Positions 8,057 to 17,149 of a DNA stretch of 29,279 bases are shown one piece after another. The position numbers and the translations under genes were made by a program. The DNA is from an uncultured Clostridium sp. Its GTDB lineage: Bacteria > Bacillota_I > Bacilli_A > RF39 > UBA660. The stretch covers positions 1-29,279 of the forward strand of contig CAYVZW010000001.1 of assembly GCA_964456325.1 (NCBI GenBank). Reading direction: 5' to 3'. Positions within the stretch are counted from its first letter, which is position 1. The number at the start of each line of letters is the position of its first letter. Under the pieces are notes generated by a model. That model did no database searches and was not told the origin of the DNA. It saw nothing but the letters and a program-made list of their open reading frames with translations.

Positions 8057-9523
8057 ATGAAAAAATCTTTATTTATAGTACTGTGTTTAGTATTTAGTGT
8101 GGTTTCTATTAAAGCTACTTCATTTGTAAATAGAAATAGTGCAGTTACCTATAATAATAAATATATTCTTGACTTTAATAATTATAAAGCCTATATTATT
8201 TATAATAAAACCTCAACTGCCGAGATTCCATTTTATTTTTCCACAAATAGCAATATAGTGAGTAAATATGTCAATGGTGGTTTTCTATGTTTAGCAGAGT
8301 ATAAAATAGCTGGAAGCAATTTATCATATTTATTTAATCCTAATGGATATTGGATGATGGACGAAAGCGGAGAAGATAGTTACATAGTAATTAATAATGA
8401 TAATGGATATGGCCTAATCAATAAAAATGACATTTCTATGGTAAAAGATACGCAATTTATAAAGAAAAATACACAAGTTACCGGTTCTGGATCATATTCT
8501 AACCCTTGGAAGTTTGTTAAAATACCTAGTAGTGTTTCGTACAACATCTCATCAACAATTAACGGAGCTTTTCCTACTGAAACAGGAAATATTGATTATG
8601 GTGAAGATGCGAAAATAACAATTAGTATATCAAGTAACTATACTTTTAATAATATGACGTACTCTTGTGGAAATACTTTATCTGAAAAAGAAATTTCTTC
8701 TGATGGAAGAACATTAACACTGTCATTTAAAGAGGTAGTTAATAACATAGTTTGTACTATAACTCCAAAACTTAATGTATTCACGGTATACTTTAATATA
8801 AATAATTCAAATGGTGGTAGTGTGTCTCCTTCGACTATTAGTGTGACAAATGGTAAACAATATAACACATTACCAGTGGCATCTTTGAATTCACAATGCC
8901 AATCATTTGATGGGTGGTACACATCGTCAAGTGGTGGAACACAGATTCTTTCAAACACAATTGTTTCTTTGAGCAACAATCAAACTCTATATGCTCATTG
9001 GTTATCAAATACAAGTGGAGGAACATGGGGAAATTGTCTTCCGTCATATATGTCTGGATCGTATGCGAGTGGAACAATGTATAATTCGTGTGGAGCAAGT
9101 CAGTCTTGTTCTGTAAGCTGTTCCTACACAGGAACATATTATGATAATGGAACTTGTGGTAATTATTACTATAATTATAATTGTGGAGGATATTCTTTTT
9201 CAACATATGCAGGGTATCAAGAATGTGTTGTTATTCCTACATGTACTGTTGATATAGGAAATCATTATCCAACATGTGGGGTTGCTGGAGATTTTGAAAT
9301 AGAAGGGTATGCTGATACAAATATTACTTCATGTTCATGGTCTGGATTAAAATCCGGAAACAATTGTGGAGAAGCATGGGGAGAGTTGTGTTATATGTGT
9401 GATAATGCTATTATCGGAGTATATCCAAGAGGTACTTGGTGTAATAAAAATAATACTTTAACGTTAAATGTATGTAATTCAGCAGGATGTGGTAGCTGCA
9501 GTAACTGGTATTATCCTAATTAG
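8057..9523 (+). CDS. Multi-domain secreted surface protein with InlB B-repeat (Listeria-Bacteroides repeat) and Cys-rich C-terminus
   Basis: Signal peptide; FTVYFN..GG......V..G..Y..LP......FDGWYT...GG......TLYAHW repeat; 17 Cys in the last ~170 aa. Confidence 0.8.
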   Translation: MKKSLFIVLCLVFSVVSIKATSFVNRNSAVTYNNKYILDFNNYKAYIIYNKTSTAEIPFYFSTNSNIVSKYVNGGFLCLAEYKIAGSNLSYLFNPNGYWMMDESGEDSYIVINNDNGYGLINKNDISMVKDTQFIKKNTQVTGSGSYSNPWKFVKIPSSVSYNISSTINGAFPTETGNIDYGEDAKITISISSNYTFNNMTYSCGNTLSEKEISSDGRTLTLSFKEVVNNIVCTITPKLNVFTVYFNINNSNGGSVSPSTISVTNGKQYNTLPVASLNSQCQSFDGWYTSSSGGTQILSNTIVSLSNNQTLYAHWLSNTSGGTWGNCLPSYMSGSYASGTMYNSCGASQSCSVSCSYTGTYYDNGTCGNYYYNYNCGGYSFSTYAGYQECVVIPTCTVDIGNHYPTCGVAGDFEIEGYADTNITSCSWSGLKSGNNCGEAWGELCYMCDNAIIGVYPRGTWCNKNNTLTLNVCNSAGCGSCSNWYYPN

Positions 9524-9532
9524 GAGGTGAAA

Positions 9533-10303
9533 ATGAAAAATATTAATGTTTTATTGTTACTAATATTTATATTTATAATGATGTGTTCTTGCCAATCTAA
9601 AGATAATAATGTGCAAACCGATCTTGACAATGAAAATATCATAAATAAGAACATAGAAAAATTATCATCGATTAATTTAATGTCAGATACAATTTCTGAT
9701 ACAGATGAATCTAAATATAGTTTTTCTTCATACATGATGATTATAAATCCTGCGATAACATATCAAAATAATGATACGAAAACAGATACAAGCGAAGATA
9801 ATAATTCAAATATAAACTTGTCATATAGATTTTCATTACTATTAAACACAAACGGATTAAATCCTAAAGAAATAATAATAAAAAGTATTAAGACAACAAC
9901 AAAACCTAAATATGGAAATATAAAATACTATGCAATAGACACAGCTAAAGGAGAACAAGATTACACATTAAAGATGAGGGAAAATGAAATAAGTGAGGAT
10001 TATGTGTATGGAAATTATGGAATTGTTGACAACTCAAGAATTAACATTTCTTTTTCAATAACATTAGAAAATATATTAACTGTTAAGAAAGAGGATCTAT
10101 TTAAAAATAATTACAAACAAATACTATTATCAAATAACATAGATAATTCTAATTTGTATTTTGAGTCAACTGTAGTTATTTGTATCCATGACGATGAATA
10201 TTATTGTTTGCCAATAATTATTAACAATAAAGATGTGGATTATAGTAAAGATATATATGGTATATATAATTTAGATAAACTAATATATTTCCAAAAAATA
10301 TAA
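9533..10303 (+). CDS. Hypothetical lipoprotein
   Basis: Basic N-terminus, hydrophobic stretch, lipobox-like MCSC, then low-complexity D/N/S/T linker; GGAGGTGA RBS. Confidence 0.65.
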   Translation: MKNINVLLLLIFIFIMMCSCQSKDNNVQTDLDNENIINKNIEKLSSINLMSDTISDTDESKYSFSSYMMIINPAITYQNNDTKTDTSEDNNSNINLSYRFSLLLNTNGLNPKEIIIKSIKTTTKPKYGNIKYYAIDTAKGEQDYTLKMRENEISEDYVYGNYGIVDNSRINISFSITLENILTVKKEDLFKNNYKQILLSNNIDNSNLYFESTVVICIHDDEYYCLPIIINNKDVDYSKDIYGIYNLDKLIYFQKI

Positions 10304-10315
10304 AAAAGGAGTATT

Positions 10316-11056
10316 ATGAAAAAAAGAAATTTTATTTTAGTAAAATTAATATCAATATTGATAGTGGTTGTATCATTATATGCATGCAATAATAAATCTG
10401 ATACAATTACAATGGCCACTGAAGCCGGATTTGCACCATATGAATACTATGAAGATAATGAAATAGTAGGAGTAGATATTGAAATTGCTAAACAAATAGC
10501 AAGTTATTTAGGAAAGGAACTAGTAATAAAGGATATTGCTTTTGATTCACTTATAAATGAACTTAATTCAGGAAAAGCAGATTTTGTATCAGCTGGTATG
10601 AGTATTACTGAAGATAGACTTAAGAATGTTGACTTCTCAGTTGAATATGCTACTAGTAAACAAGTTATTATCGTTAAAAAAGGATACAATAAAATTAATT
10701 CACTTGATGACTTAAAGGATAAAACAATTTCAGTTCAATTAGGTAGTGTAGCTGACTCTTGGGCAAGTAAAAAATATCCAAATGCTACAGTTAAATCACA
10801 AAAGAAGTTTCTTGCTGGAGCAGAAGATGTTAAAACTGGAAAATCTGATTGCCTTATAATGGATAGTTTACCTGCTGAAGAAATGGTAAAAAATAATACT
10901 GATTTAGAGATATTAAATCTTGATGTGTTTACAGACAAATATGCAATTGCAGTTAAAAAAGGTAATACAGAATTATTGGATTCAATAAATACTGTATTAA
11001 ATAGATTAATTGAAGAAGGAAGGATAGAAGAATATATAATAAAATATTCTTCATAG
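10316..11056 (+). CDS. Polar amino-acid ABC transporter substrate-binding lipoprotein
   Basis: LYAC lipobox; TEAGFAPYEY, GVDIEIA, FDSLI..L.SGKADF..AGMSITEDR. Confidence 0.95.
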   Translation: MKKRNFILVKLISILIVVVSLYACNNKSDTITMATEAGFAPYEYYEDNEIVGVDIEIAKQIASYLGKELVIKDIAFDSLINELNSGKADFVSAGMSITEDRLKNVDFSVEYATSKQVIIVKKGYNKINSLDDLKDKTISVQLGSVADSWASKKYPNATVKSQKKFLAGAEDVKTGKSDCLIMDSLPAEEMVKNNTDLEILNLDVFTDKYAIAVKKGNTELLDSINTVLNRLIEEGRIEEYIIKYSS

Positions 11057-11059
11057 TGT

Positions 11060-11776
11060 ATGGAAGGGTTTGCTAGATGGTTATTAGGAGTAATTGATAC
11101 TTTTAGATTTACAGTTATATCTGAAAATAGATATATGCTTATTTTAAATGGATTAAAAAATACTATATTAATATCAATTGGAGCAGTAATATTAGGAGTA
11201 TTACTTGGCTTTTTAATCGCAATAATAAGATATACTAATAAAACAACTAATAAATTTAAAGTACTTAATGCCATAGGCAAATTCTATGTAACAATTATTA
11301 GAGGAACTCCTTCAGTATTACAATTAATGATTATATATTACATTATATTTAAAACATCTAGTATAAATCCAATATACATTGGAATGCTTGCATTTGGTTT
11401 AAATAGCGCAGCATATAGTTCTGAAATATTAAGAACTGGTTTTGAGAGTATAGATAAAGGACAAATGGAAGCGGGTTTATCACTAGGATTAAAGTATTCA
11501 CAAGTTTTAAACAAAATAATAATACCACAAGCAGTAAAAACAAGTTTACCAGCAATGGGAAATGAATTCATTACATTAATTAAAGAAACAGCAGTCGCAG
11601 GTTATATAGGCATTATGGATTTAACTAAATCATCTGACATAATCGCATCAAGAACATATGATTACTTCTTTCCACTTATAATAATCGCACTTATATACTT
11701 ATTAATAACTGGAGTTTTATCTTCACTTCTTAGAAAATTAGAAAGAAGGTTAGATGTCGATGTTAAGAATAAATAA
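11060..11776 (+). CDS. Polar amino-acid ABC transporter permease
   Basis: IIRGTP..LQL, LNSAAYSSEILR.G..SIDKGQMEAG.SLG, PQA, GNEFI.LIKET. Confidence 0.95.
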   Translation: MEGFARWLLGVIDTFRFTVISENRYMLILNGLKNTILISIGAVILGVLLGFLIAIIRYTNKTTNKFKVLNAIGKFYVTIIRGTPSVLQLMIIYYIIFKTSSINPIYIGMLAFGLNSAAYSSEILRTGFESIDKGQMEAGLSLGLKYSQVLNKIIIPQAVKTSLPAMGNEFITLIKETAVAGYIGIMDLTKSSDIIASRTYDYFFPLIIIALIYLLITGVLSSLLRKLERRLDVDVKNK

Positions 11777-12470
11777 TATAAGTAAAAAATTTAATGATAA
11801 TGAAGTATTTAAAAAGATAAGTTTTGAAGTAGAAGAAAATGATAGATTATTAATAATAGGTCCTTCTGGAGGTGGTAAAACCACATTACTTAGATGTTTA
11901 AATAAACTAGAAATTCCTGATTCTGGCAATATATATTTAAATAAAGATAATTATAAAGACTTAGAAGATAAATATATAAGAAGAAAAGTTGGAATGGTAT
12001 TTCAAAGTTTTAACTTGTTTCCCCATTTAACAGTTAGAAAAAATATAACACTAGCTCCAAAATTACTTAATATTGGTACTAAAGAAGATATAGAAGAAAA
12101 AGCTGAAAACCTACTTGAAATAGTTCACATATTAGATAAAATAGATGAGTATCCTAAAAATTTAAGTGGTGGGGAGAAACAAAGAGTAGCAATTGCTAGA
12201 ACTTTAGCAACAGACCCAGACATCTTATTATTTGATGAACCAACCTCTGCATTAGACCCTGAAGTAGTAAAGGATTTTATTGATTTATTAAAGGAACTCT
12301 CTAAAACAAAAACAATCATAGTTGTATCACATGAAATGGATTTAATAAAATCATATGCTACTAAAGTACTATTTTTAGCAGAAGGAAAAGTATTAGAATA
12401 TGGTACTCCATCAAAACTTATGAAATCAAAAAATGAAAAAGTAAAGAAATTCTTAGAACAAATAGATTAA
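11754..12470 (+). CDS. Polar amino-acid ABC transporter ATP-binding protein (GlnQ/ArtM-like)
   Basis: GPSGGGKTT, VGMVFQSFNLFPH, LSGGEKQR, LLFDEPTSALDPE. Confidence 0.95.
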   Translation: MSMLRINNISKKFNDNEVFKKISFEVEENDRLLIIGPSGGGKTTLLRCLNKLEIPDSGNIYLNKDNYKDLEDKYIRRKVGMVFQSFNLFPHLTVRKNITLAPKLLNIGTKEDIEEKAENLLEIVHILDKIDEYPKNLSGGEKQRVAIARTLATDPDILLFDEPTSALDPEVVKDFIDLLKELSKTKTIIVVSHEMDLIKSYATKVLFLAEGKVLEYGTPSKLMKSKNEKVKKFLEQID

Positions 12471-12485
12471 TAATGTTCTTTTTTC

Positions 12486-12514
12486 TTGTGTTCATTTTAA
12501 CTGTATGTTATGAT
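12486..12514 (+). promoter_or_regulatory. SigA-type promoter
   Basis: TTGTGT-17 bp-TATGAT with TGn extension. Confidence 0.6.
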
Positions 12515-12545
12515 ATAGAGCCATAAACAAGTGGAGGTTTTAAAA

Positions 12546-13181
12546 ATGGAAAATAATGATAAAAAAGAAACAAGAGACAATTATGATGATTATAAAGCAG
12601 CGTTTTTTATTGATAGTGATAAAGAATTTAATTTGATAGACAGTTTTATTAAATATGGAATGCAAATCAATTCGTTAAATGGTGTATTTTGCGGAAGAGA
12701 TGTAATTTATGTGCCAAGCGAAGAATATGAAAGAGTGCTACTATATGGTAAAAAGTTTATTACTAGCAATAATTTTGATAATACTCGCTGGGTTAATTAT
12801 TATGATGAAGTTAGAAATTGCTATTACATTGATATAGCTTATGCAATTGTTAATCCTTTTGATTCAGAAGTAAAAGCAAAAATGGACTATGTAGAAGATT
12901 TTATGTATGGTGTATCCGATGATTCTACACCTAAAGAATTATTATCTTATTTTAAAGATATGTCAAATTATTTAAAAGTAGAAAGAATAGCTAGAAATCG
13001 TAATAGGATAGATAATGCATTATTACTTCAACCATTAAGCAATGACTATGAAAGAATGTATAAATTAACAAGAGATTTTATTGAAAAAGAAGGCTATGGT
13101 CCATTCAAAACAATATATCCAGTATCATTTGATGGAGAAGTTAAAAAAGAAGAATATCCAATATTAGCAAAAAGGAAATGA
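12546..13181 (+). CDS. Hypothetical cytoplasmic protein
   Basis: GGAGG RBS, own promoter and terminator; no family recognised. Confidence 0.75.
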   Translation: MENNDKKETRDNYDDYKAAFFIDSDKEFNLIDSFIKYGMQINSLNGVFCGRDVIYVPSEEYERVLLYGKKFITSNNFDNTRWVNYYDEVRNCYYIDIAYAIVNPFDSEVKAKMDYVEDFMYGVSDDSTPKELLSYFKDMSNYLKVERIARNRNRIDNALLLQPLSNDYERMYKLTRDFIEKEGYGPFKTIYPVSFDGEVKKEEYPILAKRK

Positions 13182-13186
13182 GTAGT

Positions 13187-13214
13187 AAACCAGTTCTTAC
13201 GAATTGGTTTTTTT
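13187..13214 (+). terminator. Intrinsic terminator
   Basis: AAACCAGTTC-TTAC-GAATTGGTTT then T-run. Confidence 0.85.
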
Positions 13215-13255
13215 GTAAGCAATTTTTAATTTTTTGATGAAAAAACATAGAATTG

Positions 13256-13284
13256 TTTACTTTTTTTTTATTTAAAGTTATAAT
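13256..13284 (+). promoter_or_regulatory. SigA-type promoter of arcAB with T9 tract in the spacer
   Basis: TTTACT-17 bp-TATAAT; T9 at 13261-13269. Confidence 0.65.
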
Positions 13285-13318
13285 TAAACTAATAAGAATA
13301 AAAGAAGGAGAGTGTAAT

Positions 13319-14542
13319 ATGTCAGGAATTCACGTTTATAGTGAAATTAAACCATTAAAGAGGGTTTTGTTACATAGGCCAGGGGATGAATTTTTAAATC
13401 TAACACCAAATACTTTAGAAAGATTATTATTTGATGATATTCCATTTCTAAAGAAAGCACAAGAAGAACATGATGTTTTTGCAGGTGCATTAAGAGCAGA
13501 AGGAGTAGAAGTAGTATATTTAGTTGATTTAGCAGCTGAAGCACTCGATACTCATCCAAAAGTAAGAGAAAAGTTTTTAAAACAATTTATTAAAGAAGGT
13601 GGAGTTACATCTGATAGAGTATTTAATATTGTATATGATTATTTAAATAGTTTTAAAGATAATAAAACTCTTATAAGCAAATGTATTGCTGGAATTGATT
13701 CTGAAGACTTAAAAGGTTATAGACCAAGTAGTGGATTCTTTGCTACAAGAGATATTGGAAAGATGATATTAGATCCACTTCCAAATCTATATGCACCTAG
13801 AGATCCATTTGCTAGTATAGGAGATGGAATTACATTACATAGAATGTATTCAGTAACTAGACAAAGAGAAACAATATTGGCTGAATATATATTTAAATAT
13901 CATCCTGAGTATAAAGATACTCCTAAATATTATGATAGATACAATGCATATCATATTGAAGGTGGAGATATTGAAGTATTAAGTGATGAAGTAATAGCGA
14001 TAGGAATTTCAGAAAGAACTGAACCTGATGCGATTGCATTATTTGCTAAAAACTTATTTGAAGATAAAAAGAATAAATTTAAATATGTTCTTGCGATTGA
14101 TATACCTGATGAAAGAAGTTTTATGCATTTAGATACTGTTATGACAAGAGTAGATGTTGATAAATTCGCAGTTCACTCTCAAGTTATGTTAGTTTCAACA
14201 GTATTTGAATTAAGCATGGGTGAAGATGGAGAAGTTAAAATAGTTGAACTTCACACATCACTTGACAAACTACTTGAAAAATATTTACATATAAAAAATG
14301 TAAAACTAATTAAATGCGGTGGTGGTAAAAGAATACCAGCTGAAAGAGAACAATGGTCTGATGGAGCTAATTTATTAACAATTAGACCAGGAGTAGTAGT
14401 GGCATATGATAGAAATCATGTGTCTAACGAAGTATTTAGACAAGCTGGATTAAAAGTAATAGAAGTACCTAGTTCAGAGTTATCTCGTGGAAGAGGTGGA
14501 CCACACTGTATGAGTATGGCTTTAGAAAGAGAGGATGAATAA
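13319..14542 (+). CDS. arcA: Arginine deiminase
   Basis: VYSEI..LKRVLLHRPG, LLFDDIP, EGGD, MHLDT, ELSRGRGGPHCMS; start at ATG 13319 behind AAGGAG. Confidence 0.93.
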   Translation: MSGIHVYSEIKPLKRVLLHRPGDEFLNLTPNTLERLLFDDIPFLKKAQEEHDVFAGALRAEGVEVVYLVDLAAEALDTHPKVREKFLKQFIKEGGVTSDRVFNIVYDYLNSFKDNKTLISKCIAGIDSEDLKGYRPSSGFFATRDIGKMILDPLPNLYAPRDPFASIGDGITLHRMYSVTRQRETILAEYIFKYHPEYKDTPKYYDRYNAYHIEGGDIEVLSDEVIAIGISERTEPDAIALFAKNLFEDKKNKFKYVLAIDIPDERSFMHLDTVMTRVDVDKFAVHSQVMLVSTVFELSMGEDGEVKIVELHTSLDKLLEKYLHIKNVKLIKCGGGKRIPAEREQWSDGANLLTIRPGVVVAYDRNHVSNEVFRQAGLKVIEVPSSELSRGRGGPHCMSMALEREDE

Positions 14543-15537
14543 TGGTAGATTTAAGAGGAAAAAGTTTCCTAAGAATGTTAGACTTTAATGAAGAAGAAAT
14601 AAGATATTTACTTGATTTAGCAATTGACTTTAAAAAGAAAAAACATGCTCATGAATCACATAGATATTTAAGAGGTAAAAATATTGCATTAATATTTGAA
14701 AAGACTTCTACAAGAACAAGATGTTCTTTTGAAGTGGCAGCTTATGACTTAGGAATGAATACAACTTATTTAGATTCAAGTGGAAGTCAACTTGGTAAAA
14801 AAGAAAGTGTTGCGGATACAGCTAGAGTACTTGGAAGAATGTATGAGGGAATTGAATTTCGTGGATTTAAGCAAAGTTCAGTTGAAGAACTTGCTAAATA
14901 TTCAGGAGTTCCTGTTTGGAATGGACTTACTGATTCATTCCATCCAACTCAAGTTTTAGCAGACTTTATGACTATGGAAGAACACTTTGGAAAACTAAAA
15001 GGTTTAAAACTTGTATTTATGGGTGACACAAGAAACAACATATCTAGATCTCTAATGGTTATGAGTGCTAAAATGGGTGTTAATTATGTAGCATGTGGAC
15101 CTAAAGAATTATGGTGCCCTGATGAAGAATTAATTAAAGAATGTAAAGAAATTGCTCATAAAAACGGATGCACTATTGAACAAACTGATAACGTAGAAGA
15201 AGGTTTAAAAGATGCAGATGCATTATATGCTGATGTATGGGTTTCAATGGGTGAACCAGATGAAATATGGGAGAAGAGAATTAATTTATTAAAAGATTAT
15301 CAAGTTAATAAAAAAACTATGTCATATGCTAAAAAAGATGCTGTATTTATGCATGCATTACCTTCATTTCATGATTTAAATACATCTATAGCAGTAGATA
15401 TTAATAAAAAATTTGGAATACCCGAAATGGAAGTTACAAATGAAGTATTTGAATCAAAACAATCAATAGTATTTGATGAAGCAGAGAATAGAATGCATAC
15501 TATTAAAGCAGTTATTTATGCAACACTTAAAGAATAG
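14542..15537 (+). CDS. arcB: Ornithine carbamoyltransferase (catabolic type by context)
   Basis: FEKTSTRTR, HPTQ, DVWVSMG, ENRMHTIKA; TAATG coupling to arcA; HCLP reads HALP. Confidence 0.9.
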   Translation: MVDLRGKSFLRMLDFNEEEIRYLLDLAIDFKKKKHAHESHRYLRGKNIALIFEKTSTRTRCSFEVAAYDLGMNTTYLDSSGSQLGKKESVADTARVLGRMYEGIEFRGFKQSSVEELAKYSGVPVWNGLTDSFHPTQVLADFMTMEEHFGKLKGLKLVFMGDTRNNISRSLMVMSAKMGVNYVACGPKELWCPDEELIKECKEIAHKNGCTIEQTDNVEEGLKDADALYADVWVSMGEPDEIWEKRINLLKDYQVNKKTMSYAKKDAVFMHALPSFHDLNTSIAVDINKKFGIPEMEVTNEVFESKQSIVFDEAENRMHTIKAVIYATLKE

Positions 15538-15546
15538 GAGTTTTTT

Positions 15547-16275
15547 GTGAAAGTAGTTAGAAAAATATTTATAATATTAATAATATTAGTGATAGTTATA
15601 GGGGGCCTTTCATATTTAGATTACTTTCTAGTAAAGACTAATAATGAATTACCAAGATTATCAATAAAAAAAGAAGATAAAGAAAAGAATATTGTTACTT
15701 ACAATGCATTATTTTATAAGGTATGGTATTGTAAAAATAGTGGAACTATAACAATAGGGGATTATAGTGATCCAAGTCCAGTATGTGAGAATGATTACAA
15801 TTTTGTAGATGATTATTATACAAATGCTTCATCTCTTAAAATATCTAAAAAGAATTTGTTACTTATGACAGATAAAAATATATATACAAAAGAAATGATA
15901 GATATAATGTCTACAGAAGATGATGTTAAGACAGCAGTATATGTATCTGAAACATATGGCAAAACTATTTCAAAGAATGTTGACTCAGCAAAAGGCACTA
16001 TTAGTGGCGCATCTAAAGAATATCAAATAGTTGTATTTCCAACATTTGAAAAAGATAAAGACACATATGGATGGGTTTATGATACTGAAAATGAAGAAAA
16101 CTATTATTGTTCTATTAAGAATAGTGATGGCGAGATGACTTATTCAAAGTATACTGATGGGTATTGTAAAGGCAAATTTGAACCATTAAGATTAGAAAAG
16201 AAATGGTGCGAACTATATAAAAATACAACACTTGTTTATAACGAAGATATGATAGGAAAGCTATGTGAAGAGTAG
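15547..16275 (+). CDS. Membrane-anchored extracellular hypothetical protein
   Basis: GTG start after AGGAG; N-terminal TM; several Cys. Confidence 0.7.
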   Translation: MKVVRKIFIILIILVIVIGGLSYLDYFLVKTNNELPRLSIKKEDKEKNIVTYNALFYKVWYCKNSGTITIGDYSDPSPVCENDYNFVDDYYTNASSLKISKKNLLLMTDKNIYTKEMIDIMSTEDDVKTAVYVSETYGKTISKNVDSAKGTISGASKEYQIVVFPTFEKDKDTYGWVYDTENEENYYCSIKNSDGEMTYSKYTDGYCKGKFEPLRLEKKWCELYKNTTLVYNEDMIGKLCEE

Positions 16276-16295
16276 AAATACTCTTTTTCTTTTTT
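16268..16295 (+). terminator. Intrinsic terminator
   Basis: AAGAGTA-GAAA-TACTCTT then T-rich tail. Confidence 0.8.
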
Positions 16296-16296
16296 C

Positions 16297-16325
16297 TTGT
16301 TAAATGTAGTAATACATGCTATAAT
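16297..16325 (+). promoter_or_regulatory. SigA-type promoter of cdsA-rseP
   Basis: TTGTTA-17 bp-TATAAT with TGn extension. Confidence 0.75.
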
Positions 16326-16342
16326 TAATTGTAGGTGATAGT

Positions 16343-17140
16343 GTGAAAAAGAGAGTTATTAGTGCTATAGTTGCACTAGCAATAGTTATACCACTTATTA
16401 TATTAGGTGGATTATGGTTCTATATAGGAGCGGGATTAATCGGAGTAATTGGATTCAATGAAATGTTAATGGCAAGAGATAAAAAGAAGAAAATTCCAGT
16501 TCTTATGAAACTACTATCTATGATATCATTCGTTGTTATAATGTTATCATCAATAAATAGTACATATGAATTTGTTATTGATTATAAATTTATTGCTATT
16601 CCATTCTTACTTTGCTTAACACCTATTATTTTCTATATAGATAGTGGAAAATATGATATAGAAGATGCATTATATTTGCTTGGAAGTATATTCTTTTTAG
16701 GAGTTTCATTTAATTTTTTAATTACTATTAGAAATATGAATCTATATTACTTCCTTTACTTAATTATTATTACAATAATGACTGATACTTTTGCTCATTT
16801 TTTTGGAACACAAATAGGTAAACATAAATTATGTCCTAAAGTGTCACCAAATAAAACAATTGAAGGTTTTATTGGAGGACTTCTTTTTGGAACATTTATT
16901 GGAACAGTATTCTATACAACAATGTTAGAAAGTAATCTTTCATTATTAGTTATCATATTAATTACTATGCTATTATCTATAATGGCCTCTATGGGAGACC
17001 TTGTATTCTCAGCTATGAAAAGACATTTTAATATAAAGGATTTTGGAAATATAATGCCAGGACATGGTGGCGTTCTAGATAGAGTAGACAGCATATTATT
17101 TGCTGCATTAACAATGGCATTATTTATATCAATTTTATAG
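16343..17140 (+). CDS. cdsA: Phosphatidate cytidylyltransferase
   Basis: DTFAHFFG..IGKHKL.PKVSPNKTIEG, GDL.FSAMKR...IKDFGNIMPGHGGVLDR.DS. Confidence 0.97.
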   Translation: MKKRVISAIVALAIVIPLIILGGLWFYIGAGLIGVIGFNEMLMARDKKKKIPVLMKLLSMISFVVIMLSSINSTYEFVIDYKFIAIPFLLCLTPIIFYIDSGKYDIEDALYLLGSIFFLGVSFNFLITIRNMNLYYFLYLIIITIMTDTFAHFFGTQIGKHKLCPKVSPNKTIEGFIGGLLFGTFIGTVFYTTMLESNLSLLVIILITMLLSIMASMGDLVFSAMKRHFNIKDFGNIMPGHGGVLDRVDSILFAALTMALFISIL

Positions 17141-17149
17141 GAGAGACAG

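Noticed and set aside
8057-9523. Diversity-generating retroelement target
   Set aside because: No reverse transcriptase and no template repeat differing at adenines within the window; the lectin-like part is N-terminal.
8638-9735. Antisense ORFs 8638-8979, 8838-9206 and 9520-9735
   Set aside because: Explained by the locally higher GC and codon pattern of the + strand genes; no RBS or motifs.
10504-12319. Antisense ORFs over the ABC transporter genes, including the 181-aa one
   Set aside because: Opposite well-conserved genes, with typical shadow composition.
13200-13318. ArgR or ArcR/Crp operator or riboswitch upstream of arcA
   Set aside because: No convincing ARG-box palindrome, TGTGA-N6-TCACA site or structured leader.
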